Assembly: GCA_010015585.1 (NCBI GenBank)
Contig: ML975158.1
Reading direction: 5' to 3' (one strand)
DNA: 64,000 bases
Origin: Eremomyces bilateralis CBS 781.70
Taxonomy: Eukaryota
Positions within the stretch are counted from its first letter, which is position 1. Each line of letters begins with the position of its first letter. Position numbers and translations under genes: made by a program. This document shows, piece after piece, positions 1 through 11,539 of the stretch. The notes beneath the pieces were generated by a model, which saw nothing but the letters and a program-made list of their open reading frames with translations, was not told the DNA's origin and searched no databases.

Positions 1-214
1 AAAATACTCCCATTGAAAAAGCGAAGATCGAACAGCCTCGAGAGGATCGAGAGTTCCGAGAACCCCTCCTTTGAGTCTCGCCAACGCCTAGGCCGATGCG
101 GAGATTTCAGCATCTGAATTAGTGGATCCGCATCGCAGAGCCGTCCCGAACGCCGTTCAAAGTCTATCTGCAAGTAAGAAAATAAGCCGAAAGAAATTCA
201 CGGACGAAAGTCGA

Positions 215-1732
215 CTACTGTTCACCCTCCCCATCCGCGTTCTCCCCCGTCTCCTCCGACGCCTCCCCCTGATTTCGCAGCGAATCCGCTACCCAATCCT
301 TCAACCGCTCCCAGCGACTCCGATTCAACTTATTGCTCAGCGTCCGATAATTGTACATCTCGCCCCAGCAATCGCGGCCCCACTCGCAGCCGGCCATGTT
401 GACGACGAAGTCGCGCGCGGACTCCTGATAGTGGATGTGGGGATCGTCGCCCTCGCCGCAGGCGCCGGGGGGGAAGGAGTTAAGTTTGCGCTGGGGGATG
501 AAGGCGACGTGGGGGCGGACCCAGGGCTGGTGGCGGTAGAGGTGCTCGAGGGCGTCCTGCTCTTTATGTTCCCAGTCCATGTGCTTCTGCTCGTAGCCGA
601 CGGGGTCCCACCAGATGTCAAGGAGGCGGTCGGTCCAGACGGAGCGGCGGACGAGGAAGGAGCCGAGGTTGAAGCCGGAGCAGTCTTGCGGGACGATGAG
701 GTGGATGGAGGAAGGGAGGTTGTCGCCGGTGGGAGAGCGGGTGGCGGGATCGAGGTAGGTGGCGGTGAGGGGGTGGGTGATGTTGAGGGGGTTGTAGTAG
801 TTAATGTCGCGGTAGGTGTTTTGGGTGAGGTCGGAGAAGATGTGGGATTGGAGGGAGTAGCTGGGTTCCATGATGAAGGTGTTGAGGTCAAGCCACCAGA
901 ACCTGGTTCACGTCAGAATTATATGGATTTGTTGGAAAAAAAGGGGGCTTACCACTCCGCTTGCGGGTACTTGCGCATGGTGTTGCGGATCGTGTCGACT
1001 TTCTCCCAGCTTTCTCGCCATTCGTGGGCATAGCGTTTCTTCGTGGTCATGTCGACGATTTCCAGCTCGTATCCCCATTTCTTCGCGTAGCGTTTCTTGT
1101 TCTTGATGCTGTCTCGCTCGATCGCCCATTCCCTCGGCCCTTTCCACTCCATGACTCCGCCGCCCTCGTTCGCCGCCAACATGATGACGAAATTGCTTCC
1201 GCCGCCCAACATCGGCGCTCGTCTGTACACTCGATGCAGCGCTGTCCTATGATTAGCCTCCCTTCCAAAGTACCGGAAACCCGAAATACTCACGTGTTAC
1301 ATAAAATAAGAACGCCAAAGCCAACAACACCACCACCACCAACCCCCTCATCTTCATCTTCCGCAACACCCTCCCCCCTAACGTCACCACATCACCCCAT
1401 CGCATCCCTCGCCTCGTTGCCCACCTCCCCCTCCCCAACTTCTCCTTCTCCGCAAACTGCCCCGGCGCAAACTCCGGCAATCTCTGCGATATCCGTCGGA
1501 AATGTCGCGCGAAGAAACCTTGGTTCCGGGTCGAGAACGACGGATACCCGCGCACCTCCGCGCTACGCGCCGCCGCCGTCGCCCACGACACGTCGTTCGC
1601 GCTGCCGTTCATGTAGCCGCTGCTGCCGGGACGAGGAGAGGGGCGGCGGCTGGGCCCTGTGCGTGGGGTCATGAGGCCCGGGGTCGACCAGCCGCCGCCG
1701 CGTTGGGGGGAGGGAGAGCGGGAGAGAGACAT
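215..1732 (-). CDS. MNN10: GT34 glycosyltransferase, MNN10/GMA12 family (alpha-1,6-mannosyl/alpha-1,2-galactosyltransferase), type II Golgi membrane protein; exons 1732-1294, 1241-953, 902-215 (471 aa)
   Basis: Three ORF pieces join in frame through GTGAGT..CAG and GTAAGC..CAG introns. N-terminal TM (GLVVVVLLALAFLFYV). Family motifs KRYAHEWRESWEKVDTIR, WFWWLD, QDCSGFNLGSFLVRRS and HKEQDALE. Confidence 0.9.
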
Positions 1733-3755
1733 GGGGTGGGCAGGGGTGCCGGGGATCGCGGAGAGAGGGTGACCGAAGCGGTCGGGTGGGAGGGAGGAGG
1801 TCGATGCAGAGGTAGGATTTGAGGGATCAGTGAGATTCGATGTTTGGAGGTGGAGGGAGGAGGGCCGTCTGCGATGGTGAGAGTGGGTGGTGGTCGGGGA
1901 TGGGATGGACGCCAGGGTTACGACGCCGCGTAGGGCAGTGGAGGATTGGGGATGGTTGGTCGTGAGGACGGTCGGGATATTATTGAGGTTTTGGTGATAG
2001 TCGTACAGACGGTCAGGAAGGGGATGATCGGTTACGGGAGCGAACACATCGACGCGGACGATGAGCGGGAGTCGTCAGAGCCGGCGACATGCGGCTGAAG
2101 GAAAGGATCCACGTCGTTCGAGGAGCGTAGTAAGTGTCGACGGTTGAAGATTTGAATGTACGATCGGTGGATTCTAGGTATGGTTGTACGGGTGCTGCAG
2201 GTCTACTGTTCGGTGAGCAATGTGGTACAGTATACGGAGTAATACGGTGAATGGGGGAACAAAGTTTCTAGCCTGAGAGATGGAGTTTGAAAAGTCCAAG
2301 ACCCTTAGTGGTTCAACACTGGTGAAGGGAACAGGGATGGGGGTCATACAAGGATCGGCGGCCCTGGCTGCTCAGTCACCTTATTATTGCTGCCTCTGTC
2401 GATGTCTGGATTGAACTCTCTCCCTCTCAGCAATTTCACCATCGATTGCAAATCCCCGATGAAAGCTGGAAACTGTGAGCAATGGCGATGGAGGAGGGGG
2501 GTTTAAGACCGAAGGGTACCTATGCGTAATAGGAGAGAGCAAAGTGTCTGATGACCCTCGATGTCAGAAACGGGGATCATCAAGACTCTCCAAGAAAAGA
2601 ACAACGAATGCAACGTCAGGGATTCCTCATCTTAATTTGGTCCCCCTTGGATGCTTGATACGAGTTGATAGGCTTTACAATCGAGTGGCGTGCTTTCATT
2701 CCCGTCGCTCTGGAGGTGGACTCGGATTTATGTTGGATTCATCGTCAGACGTTGATCTATCAGATCCGATCTCACCAAATAATTAATTCATACAAGGGGT
2801 TCTTGGAACCTTGATCGTTGGGGTGTCGTGTCTTTTGGTTGATGGATCTCAACCAGGCATTTCATCGCTCAACTGAATCAGCCATATTAAGCTACTCTGG
2901 AGCCACAGCGAGTCAAGTGAAGGGCAGCCTGGAAGATTCGAGTGGCTTGTTAATTAAGGACTTGCTGACTTGATGACTTGCTGACATCCTGACCTCCAGA
3001 CTGGTACTAAGAACGATGGATCTGCAAAACTCTTAGTTAAACATACTACAATAGCTTAAGGGGATTCAGGGAATCCAGGGAATTCCGGAATTTTTTCTGG
3101 TAGAAATTCGAATCCAATTGGCAAAGTATTGAACTCTCGGCTCTCAATGGCATTTTTGGCGCCTTCCTTAAAGCCCCTTGCTCCTTCCCAACCGGGCTCC
3201 ACGGGCACACCACGTGGCACGTGATGCCATTTCATATTTGTCATCCAGTCACCTGACTCGAATCTCGATGTTGAGGCTTACATGATTCTTCGCCATCTCG
3301 AACCTCCTCAGTCTGGGAGAGACGTTGACTTACTGGATTACAGGAAACAATATCTATAGCCATGGAAGAAACACGCTGGAAAGTAGAAACACTGAATGTC
3401 GTGCAGCAGCCCACTGAATCCAGTTTTCCGCATCTCGACCGCCGAGCCGCCTGTCCTATTGGGTCGCGTGCCAGGGTTTATTTTTGGTCGTCGACCGCAA
3501 GCGCCCAATGGCCTCCATCCGACTGGCATCCCGCTTCACCAACTTCCTCTTTATCCAACCACTCGTCGTCCTTCCGCTTCTCTGCAACCGCTCGACAATG
3601 AGGCTCCATTTACTTGGACGAATGAAACGCCCTTCGTCGCGTGAGTGTCGGATGAGCTGTTGTAGGACGCATTGGATCTGCCGCTCTATGGTTGTCTGGG
3701 GTGGATGATTCGTGTAGCCGCGTCATGGAGGGAAATGTAGGCAAATGGGTGGGAT

Positions 3756-3783
3756 TTCTAGACTTCTAGACTTCTAGACTTCT
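3756..3783. repeat. Short tandem repeat (TTCTAGAC)x3.5
   Basis: ttctagac ttctagac ttctagac ttct read directly, upstream of the 4168 ORF. Confidence 0.8.
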
Positions 3784-4167
3784 CATTTCTTCCTCGTGCT
3801 TGAACCTTGTTATTGTCGTGTTCTTCGAAAGGGTTTATTGTTGCGTGTTGCTATTGTTTATTGATCGCTATTGTCCTTCGCTTACAGTATTGAATTACCT
3901 TCTACCATTTCACCTGCTGCCTACGGCTCTCGACAATAGGAACGTTGATAGCCAGAGCAGCATCTTCGCCTTATTAGCTTCGACCTTCTTTGTTCTCGAG
4001 ACTCTCGATCACTCTTTGTCACTTTCGCTCCCAATGCCTAGACAGGTCCTCGACAGAGTCTCACCCTAACCTCTCCTTTGTTCTACATCACCTTCTTTCG
4101 ATCACCGATTTGCCTTCGTGCAGGACACTAGCATTTCTAATATTCACACGCAAAAACTACTCACGTC

Positions 4168-7100
4168 ATGCGGACATTGGACCAAATCGGCCTTAGACAC
4201 ACGAAGGATTCGGATTCTCCGAAACACTTCGGGGACGTCAAATCTCACCATGTGAACTATCGGACGCAAACGTTCGACAAAACTCCACACAGTACAACGG
4301 CCGAGATCGAAGAACCGGAAGCATACTACCGAGACTACAGCCGCGGCGCCAAAGGCGGGCTGACAGTTCCAGAAAAACCCGCCTCCAGCTCTCTGAGAGG
4401 GCTAGGAATATCCAGGGCAAGGGCCAATTCGGGGAGCCAACGGTTATATTCACGGCGGTTGAAATCACGGCAAGCATTGGCTCGAGCGGGAATTTCGGTA
4501 AAGCCCGGTATCCGAGTCGACACCAGCGTTTCGCGGCATCGAGCCGTACCTCCCTTACAACTATATCCATCGGAAGAAAAGCCGAAGCGGAAGACGCGGG
4601 TGAAGCGACAGGAAAAGCCGCAGAGATCCTACGACAGCGACCCGTCACCGAACTCGCCGATTACACCAACAATTCTGGTTACCCCAGCGAAGGAAGATGA
4701 CAGTGCCACAAACCCGCAATCGACCATTCGAAGGAGGCCACGTGCAACGTCGAGTATCTACTCGGTGAACACGGCTGGATATCGACCAAATCGGCAGACC
4801 GAGGACATCCCACCCATGCCCACATTCCGACCTGAAGATTACATTGCTGACAGTTCCGCGTTTGGGCTCCCGGTCGGTACACCAGGGGGGCCGAAAAGAA
4901 ATCCGCGAGACTCATCAGCCACTGTGTTCGAAGAGGAGTCAGAGGGGAAAACGAGAAGACGCGTAGAGTCAACCGCGACACTGTTTGAGGAGGACGATAC
5001 ACCTATCGGACCCAACGCCCAAAGAAACCGACCGACTGCGAATCTGACTGTCGATACCACCCTCCTCCCAACGCCACGTAGATCACGCGGCTGGTGGAAC
5101 GTCATCACCACGCCGTTCGAACTCACCCGCTCCGCCAGCGCCCGGTGGCTCGGCACGCCGACAGAAGATGGGGAGAGCACCCCAATCGTGCCGGAGATCG
5201 CGGAGAAGTATAAAGCACACGATTCAGACTCCGATACCGCGACCGACATCGATTCAAAACGCAGCTCCATGGACGAGAAGCACGCGACGGAGTTTCTAGG
5301 CGCGACGCTGGATCGGTCGTTGCCACCTACCCCTATGGACCCGGATGGATTCTACGGACGAAACCCTCCGACTAGGGCTAGGATGCGCGAGAAGGAGATC
5401 AATACCTCTCGCGCGAGCTACATCAGCCCGGACGATCGCGAGGTGCCCATCATCCTTGGTCACGACCTCAAAATCGCATTCGAGATAAAGAACTCCCGGG
5501 AGAGAGGTGGTATGGTACCTTCACGCGGTCCGCAACGTGATATCGCTTCGCCGGACTCGCATAGGAGTGAGATGTCTCCGGTGGTCGGCGTTGCGGCAAC
5601 AGGGACGGTGGTGGCTCCTGGGACTATAAAAGCACCTACGCCCCCACCGCCCGTTCGTGCACCCCCAGCACAGTCAAGACCTCAGCCAGAACAGTCGAGC
5701 GGCATATCAAGTTGCATGTCGTCTTCCCCACGTCGTCTGCCTTCATACATGGGCAGCTCTGGCTCCCGCACCAACCCGCGAGAAGCGCAAGCTTATCCAA
5801 CTCAGTATGTGATCCCGATGGAACAGTACCAAGCCTACGTCCGGGAGGCCGAAAGGGAGAGCGGTAGGGTAAAGGAAAAGCCCAAGCGGACTTTCAACTT
5901 CACCTTCTTCCCGTGGAAAAAACAGCGAAAGCACGAGACCGTTACGGAGAAGAAGCGGCGGCGAAAGAGATGCTGCCTCGTCGGCTGCATTTGCATCTCG
6001 CTCCTCGCCCTCGTCGCCCTGATCGTCGCGCTCGCCATGACCTTGACGCGACGCGCCCCGAAAGACATGCCCGTGCAGTCCCAGTGGCTAAACCTGACCA
6101 ACTACCCACCCATCCCCACCGGGGTCATGACTGTTGCGCGTCCGCGACTGGACTCCATCGTGAACGGCTGCGTCAACCCTACGACGATGTGGAGCTGCTC
6201 CGTCCCCAAAGAAGAGCAGCCATCTATCGCGCCGAACAACCCGGATGAGCCGAACTTCCGGCTAGAGATCCGGTTCAATAACGGGACGGGCCTACCTGGA
6301 ACGGATGTCCTTGGGAAGCGCGACGCGTTCACGGACTCTTTGTTCCGTCCGTCGCCGGACCCTCCGAGCCTGGAAGATCAGGCGTTTCTGGGGAACACGA
6401 CGGATAATAATACGCTTCCTTTTGAGGGTGAGGAGACGCCGTTCTTCATCACCTTCCTCCCCGCTAGCGAACTCGCTCCCGACGACCCTGGCCTCGCCAA
6501 ACGCCAAACCACCGACGAGGACCCCGACTCCTCCACTGATTCCACCTCCACCTCCACCTCCACCTCCACCTCCACCTCCACCTCCACATCCATCTCTAAC
6601 CTCAACCTCGGCACCCTCATCCCCCTCCCTTCTATCCTCCCCAACGGCCTCGCCGCTCCCGCCTCCCTCCACCCCCTTCCCTCCGCCCAACCCCTCCGTC
6701 TCTACAACCGCGGCCGTCCCACCGAGCACTACGGCTTCTACACCTACTTCCCGCGCAGCATCTTCCTCAAGTCCGTCAGCTTCGTCAATGTCTCCGACCC
6801 CGGGCTGGGGGAGATCGCGGCGGACGAGGATGGTGGGGCTGCGTTTGAAGGGGCGAGTGCGAGGTGTACATGGGCGCAGACGAGGTTTTTGGTGCAGATT
6901 TGGACGAGGGGGGAGGGCGCAGTGAAGGTGATGGATGCGGAGGGCGGCGACAAGGCGCAAACTTCGACTTCGACAACTTCTTCTTCTTCTTCTTCACGTG
7001 CCGACGTCCGCGCCGCCGACTCCTCCGCCAACGCCCTCCTCCGCCCCGGCTCCTTCCCCTACCCCCTCACCATCACCCTCGATCGGCACGGCGGCGACCT

Positions 7101-7329
7101 GCAGAACAAGATGATCTACTGCTACCAGCTGGACGCGCGGGGGCGGATCGTCGGCGACAGCAATAAGATTCAGGTGGAGTTACGGTCGTTTGGTGGGACG
7201 CCGGTGAATCCGAGTCGGGGGCCGTTCGAGACGACGAGGGTGGGTGTGGGGGAGGGGGGCCCCGGGGGGATTGATGGGGGGGATGCGGGGTGTGGGTGTC
7301 GGTGGGCAAATTGGGTGGTGGATCGATAG
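4168..7329 (+). CDS. Conserved Pezizomycotina single-pass membrane protein (often auto-labelled 'glycoprotease family'); long disordered N-terminus, Cys-rich TM, luminal C-terminal domain; 1053 aa
   Basis: Uninterrupted 1053-codon ORF. Basic patch plus TM KKRRRKRCCLVGCICISLLALVALIVALAMTL. C-terminal domain with WLNLTNYPPIPTG, CTWAQTRFLVQIWT, GSFPYPLTITLDRHGG and GGIDGG..GC.C.W.NW. I see no recognisable protease active site. Confidence 0.85.
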   Translation: MRTLDQIGLRHTKDSDSPKHFGDVKSHHVNYRTQTFDKTPHSTTAEIEEPEAYYRDYSRGAKGGLTVPEKPASSSLRGLGISRARANSGSQRLYSRRLKSRQALARAGISVKPGIRVDTSVSRHRAVPPLQLYPSEEKPKRKTRVKRQEKPQRSYDSDPSPNSPITPTILVTPAKEDDSATNPQSTIRRRPRATSSIYSVNTAGYRPNRQTEDIPPMPTFRPEDYIADSSAFGLPVGTPGGPKRNPRDSSATVFEEESEGKTRRRVESTATLFEEDDTPIGPNAQRNRPTANLTVDTTLLPTPRRSRGWWNVITTPFELTRSASARWLGTPTEDGESTPIVPEIAEKYKAHDSDSDTATDIDSKRSSMDEKHATEFLGATLDRSLPPTPMDPDGFYGRNPPTRARMREKEINTSRASYISPDDREVPIILGHDLKIAFEIKNSRERGGMVPSRGPQRDIASPDSHRSEMSPVVGVAATGTVVAPGTIKAPTPPPPVRAPPAQSRPQPEQSSGISSCMSSSPRRLPSYMGSSGSRTNPREAQAYPTQYVIPMEQYQAYVREAERESGRVKEKPKRTFNFTFFPWKKQRKHETVTEKKRRRKRCCLVGCICISLLALVALIVALAMTLTRRAPKDMPVQSQWLNLTNYPPIPTGVMTVARPRLDSIVNGCVNPTTMWSCSVPKEEQPSIAPNNPDEPNFRLEIRFNNGTGLPGTDVLGKRDAFTDSLFRPSPDPPSLEDQAFLGNTTDNNTLPFEGEETPFFITFLPASELAPDDPGLAKRQTTDEDPDSSTDSTSTSTSTSTSTSTSTSISNLNLGTLIPLPSILPNGLAAPASLHPLPSAQPLRLYNRGRPTEHYGFYTYFPRSIFLKSVSFVNVSDPGLGEIAADEDGGAAFEGASARCTWAQTRFLVQIWTRGEGAVKVMDAEGGDKAQTSTSTTSSSSSSRADVRAADSSANALLRPGSFPYPLTITLDRHGGDLQNKMIYCYQLDARGRIVGDSNKIQVELRSFGGTPVNPSRGPFETTRVGVGEGGPGGIDGGDAGCGCRWANWVVDR
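6541..6590 (+). repeat. (TCCACC)n coding microsatellite encoding a Ser-Thr tract
   Basis: About 8 copies of tccacc, encoding STSTSTSTSTSTSTS. Confidence 0.9.
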
Positions 7330-7752
7330 GGGGTATATAGAGGAGAGATGAAGGGAAAATAAAAGAGAGAGGGACGAGGGATGTCGAGATGGGCAACGGA
7401 GATACGAGAGACCGAAATAATATTATTCATGTCGGATAGCATAGCATTGCACTAGACGGCGTTGGCGTTTTCGGATGCGGGAGATTGCTCTTTCGATGTC
7501 CCATCCAATGTAATCTATCACCAAATGCGCTGTTTCCCATCCTTTGCGCATTGCAGGTATCCTGACCATACGATCTTCCTTCCGAGCTGTGTCGATATCG
7601 CAGGGTTTCTTTCCCATCGGATTGCGCCGTCCATGCATTTCTCATTGCGCCGGTCCGCTTAACATATAATGATGCGGTTTCAAAGCTCCCACTGTATACA
7701 AGTAATGGTACACGCTGATTCCACCGCCCTTCTCTTTCTCCCGTAGCCGCAA

Positions 7753-8247
7753 TCAACCCCGTTTATGCGGCCCCTTCATATATCGATACATCCTTGCCAG
7801 GTGGTAATTGATCGTGCTCTTCGATTTCTGCGGCGCTTTCTGTTTCACCCGACATCAGCCATTTCGTCCAATTGATACCATGGTTTGTTGCCATCGAGGA
7901 GCGGCAAGAACGAGATGGGGAGAGAAGAGAGGGATGTTACCTGTGCGTCCATACATGCCCGCAATTGCTGTTCCATGGCCATACATCCTGACGTGGTGTA
8001 TCCCGACGACGCCCAGCATCCTGTAGTAAAATCAGTTAGCACCAAATGTTTCCTTCGTGACTTCCTTCGGCCCGGGGAAAACCGAGAGCGGAGAGGCCCA
8101 ACACGTACCAAGCACGGACGACATGATCGTAATACACGGGTTCTCGGACATCTTATTCGGTCGTCGCAGTCGGAACTTGTGCATTGGCGGCAGCCGAGGG
8201 GCCTTCAGCGCGGTCGGGCGACCGGTGACGGGGGGTTTGGGGACCAT
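7753..8247 (-). CDS. MRP10: Mitochondrial 37S ribosomal protein Mrp10 (mS37, twin CX9C); exons 8247-8109, 8020-7941, 7839-7753 (101 aa)
   Basis: Spliced product MVPKPP..KFRLRRPNKMSENPCITIMSSVLGCWASSGYTTSGCMAMEQQLRACMDAQKAPQKSKSTINYHLARMY.. has two CX9C motifs and the INYHL motif. Introns GTACGT..CAG and GTAACA..CAG, with CTAAC/CTGAT branch sites. Confidence 0.9.
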
Positions 8248-8407
8248 CGTGGCAGAGGATTAGGGTGGGATGTCGGTGGGAGAGGCTATGACATGGTGTG
8301 GAGAGGAAGGCGCTCGCTCAGGGTCGATTGACGGCGTGAGGATCAGAATCTTGGTTGGATTGATGGATTGAACTTCTTGAAGTTGGTGATTTGCAGGGAT
8401 GGATGGT

Positions 8408-8463
8408 GTCACGTGACGTCGGATGTTTCTCAGAAATGGATGATAAGGGTTGCGGTCACGTGC
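8408..8463. promoter_or_regulatory. Bidirectional promoter with E-box/CRE-like sites (GTCACGTGACGTC, GTCACGTG)
   Basis: The motifs lie in the ~380-bp gap between the divergent starts at 8247 (-) and 8630 (+). RTCACGTG is the Cbf1-type bHLH site. Confidence 0.5.
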
Positions 8464-8629
8464 CGTCGTGCAGGTCACCCACCAACAGTTTGTTTACACC
8501 TCCAGGGTTCCGCACCCAATTCATCACCAAGTCAAGACACAACTCCTCCGAACGTTTTTCCCTTCCACGCCATCCACCATCCTCATGCCGTCCCCACCAT
8601 ATTGTCTATAACTAAATTATTCCACAACC

Positions 8630-10931
8630 ATGCCGGTGGAACTCATATTCCCCCTTTCGAACGAGGACCCGCCCTCGCGCCCGTCCCGCTCGACACCACC
8701 CCCCCACGACCCCTACCACCCCATCTTCTCCCCCGGCGCGCTCCCCCTCCCCAAAGTCCATCGCGGTTGGGAACGCGCCCCGGAATCCCCGTTCGTCAAG
8801 CGTGGTCCGTCACATAAGATCTGGAAGCGATACGATGGCGCGCAGCTGGTCGGGGGCATGGCGACTGAGAACGCGGACGGGGAGGTTCGGCGGGTTGAGG
8901 GGGCGGCTAGGGCGGTGAAGAGGCAGAAGATTGGGGGCGCGGAGGGGAGGTCGACGCAGGTAGAGGAGGAGGAGGAGTGGGGGACGCCGCGGAGTAGGTT
9001 TCGCATCGATGGGTTCGAGATATGGATGCTAATGTGGCGTAGGGAAACGTGCCGCTCCGCAAATTTCAGCTGTGCAAGACTTTCCTGGACCGAACAGTCC
9101 CACCGGTGCTGTCAGCGTGTCCGTGGGTGAGATTGCATCAACGCCAACCAGAATTCAACGTGATGGAACGCTTGAACCTACCGTTGTTGAAGGAGACGCC
9201 AACTCCTGCGAAAACATCATTAACACTACGGCAACTGATCACATGGAAGGGCCCAATCCTGTATCCACTGGCGGCGAAGAGTCATGTGGCCAGAGCGGGA
9301 ACCCATCAGTTGAAGCGGGGGAAACACAGTCACCCAGCGACTCTGAATATGCCACAGCAGGTGCTGAGCACGATCCCCTGGTGAATGAAAGGGTAGCCAA
9401 TGATGCAGAAACAGAGACATCTACAACAGATAACGAAGGATCTGAGCATGAAGCCACTGAGACCATGCGTCTAGAAAACGACCAAGTGCTGCATTTCATG
9501 GTTCCGCCAGCCGTAGACAACAGCACTGAACTCTGTGTCCTCGGCGCACCTGACACAACTACGGACGAGAATGAGGCCGCATCGCTAGATGAAGACACGA
9601 TGTCTCCCACGCAGGAGGTGACTCTCACGGGACCGCAGTTTCCCAATATCCATCTCGACTACGATACCGAGATCCTGAAAGATTTCCTGTCGCGCGCTGC
9701 GGCTAGCAAGGCATCAAAATCAACCAATGCGACGAGGAGGGAATCAATCGAGAATCGTCGGGATTCCGATAAGGTCCGTGAGGCTCTGTCGTCGCCCACG
9801 AAAGCGCTGCAGGAGAAAGAATTGGCGTCACCGACGATGAATTTAGAGCTTCCATCAATGCCTATGGTTCCTAATATTCCTAAAGAGAATTCCACCATCG
9901 AGCTATCACTTAGCACGGATGGAGCTAATGATGCGGTGAGCAACAAGCCATGGACAGGCGAAGAAGACACAATCACCAGCTCGTGGAATCCACGACGCTC
10001 GCTTCGAGCACGGCCTCCGGTTGATCCTCAAACCCAAACCAAGAAGATTAAGATTTCCTTGAACGACACCCACGAGACGATTAAGCTCCGAACCGAAACG
10101 CGAGAACTGGCGAACATGACGAGACGAAATACAGGCCGGAACAAGTTCGGGGCGCAGAATGTCCGGTACCGGCTCAAGTCCCTGGCAACTGACTCTGAAA
10201 ATTTGTTCGAAGAGCTTCCCGGAGAATCAGTCAATGCGTCCGAGAAGCGGAAGCAATTGCAATGGCATGAAAGCGTTGATGAGATGGAGGTGATCCGGGA
10301 GGCTGCAGCTAAGGCTATTGACGCCGTCCCGAGCACTACGGAAGAGGCTCAGGTCGATGATTTGGTGGTACCCAGCCCCGCCAGAAGATCGTTGAGAGCC
10401 CGTAGCGCTTCGCAACGACAACGAACACCGCGTACCAAACGGACGAAAGGGCTGGGTTCCACGAACGGCACGCCTGGCAAAGTGCCTAAGAATTCGATGC
10501 TCGACACCGCACAGGAAGAGGCGTCGACCGCCGCGGAAGAGCAAAGTGGCAAGCAGCCAACGACAACCACCACTTCAAAGTCCAATATCTCGTCTCTCCC
10601 TAAACCCGCACCCCTTCCCGCCGTCTCCCTCTCCGTCGTCTCAGAAAGCACCCCGACAACCCGCTCACTCAAACCTCCCACCACCAACGCCCTCACCACC
10701 AAGCCCGAGGGCGCCCTCAACGCCGACAACGGCAGCGACGCTGCGTCCGAACCCGCCGTCAAAGAGCCGACCCCACGACCCGTAGAGCGAAAGAGCCGGC
10801 TCGTGCCGCCGCGGAAAGTCAAGCTCGACGCGATCGCGCCGCTGGTGGAGGGGAAGGAGAATCGGTTGGGGGTGGCGAAGAAGTTGGGTGGGGGGGCGGG
10901 GGAGGCGAGGAAGCGGAGGGTTAGAGGGTAG
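8630..10931 (+). CDS. Conserved fungal hypothetical, largely disordered protein with basic C-terminal NLS-like tail; exons 8630-8993, 9043-10931 (750 aa)
   Basis: Intron 8994-9042 (GTAGGT..GCTAAT..TAG) joins ORF 8630 in frame to ORF 9072-10931. Short motifs RGWERAPESPF, DTEILKDFLSRA, RRDSD.VR.AL.SP and TRRNTGRNK. Confidence 0.75.
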
Positions 10932-11539
10932 AGTGGGGGTTGGGAGGCAGTTTGTGAGTCCGGTTGTTACAGTTTACGGCAGTGGAGTTGGGAGGCAGAT
11001 CGAGCTGGGGCGTTTAGGGGGTATGGTTGCTTGTCGATATTGCGAGATACAGAGTATCGGAGGATGTCGATGGATATGTTGGGACGAATGGGTACCTTTC
11101 ATTGTAGAAACTGAGCTATCATACTATCATTTCACCGAGGAGCCGTTGACCGTATCCCTGATTTAATGATTTTAGCTGCAGTACTTAATCTTTGAATCTA
11201 ATTGCCGTACTAACCACCAACGGACTACGGGAACTCCCGTCGTGCATCAGAATCGCCCTGACCGCCCCTGACATACGGTTCCGTAAATACTTCCGTTCCT
11301 GGCTCTGAGGCGCTGAGGCCGCAATCCTGAGCCAACAACATCATATCATGAAGCTGTAGGCGTGCGGGATGGACTTATCCGCATACGTGGAACGAAAATA
11401 TGCATATCGTTTAATGTAATTGTCAGGGAAAGATAAGACTAACGATTATACCCGCTGACCTTGTCATACCATGTAGAAATGCGGGAGATTCTCAGTTTCT
11501 ACACCGCGCAAAGGTTCTCCTTGAGTCAGCAACATCACG

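Noticed and set aside
122..1674. Long antisense/alternate-frame ORFs over GT34 (and similarly over SIN3, VPS13, GPAT, OPA3)
   Set aside because: These are shadow ORFs caused by high third-position GC. The opposite strand carries clear family motifs and splice signals.
1733..2047. 105-codon N-terminal extension of GT34 from a GTG
   Set aside because: C-rich leader with low stop density. MSLSRSPSP is the typical family start.
7690..7715. Puf-type UGUA elements in 3' UTRs of mitochondrial genes (MRP10, AIM25, EMI1)
   Set aside because: Only imperfect matches (e.g. TGTACCATTA, TGTAGATTA), not distinguishable from chance without conservation data.
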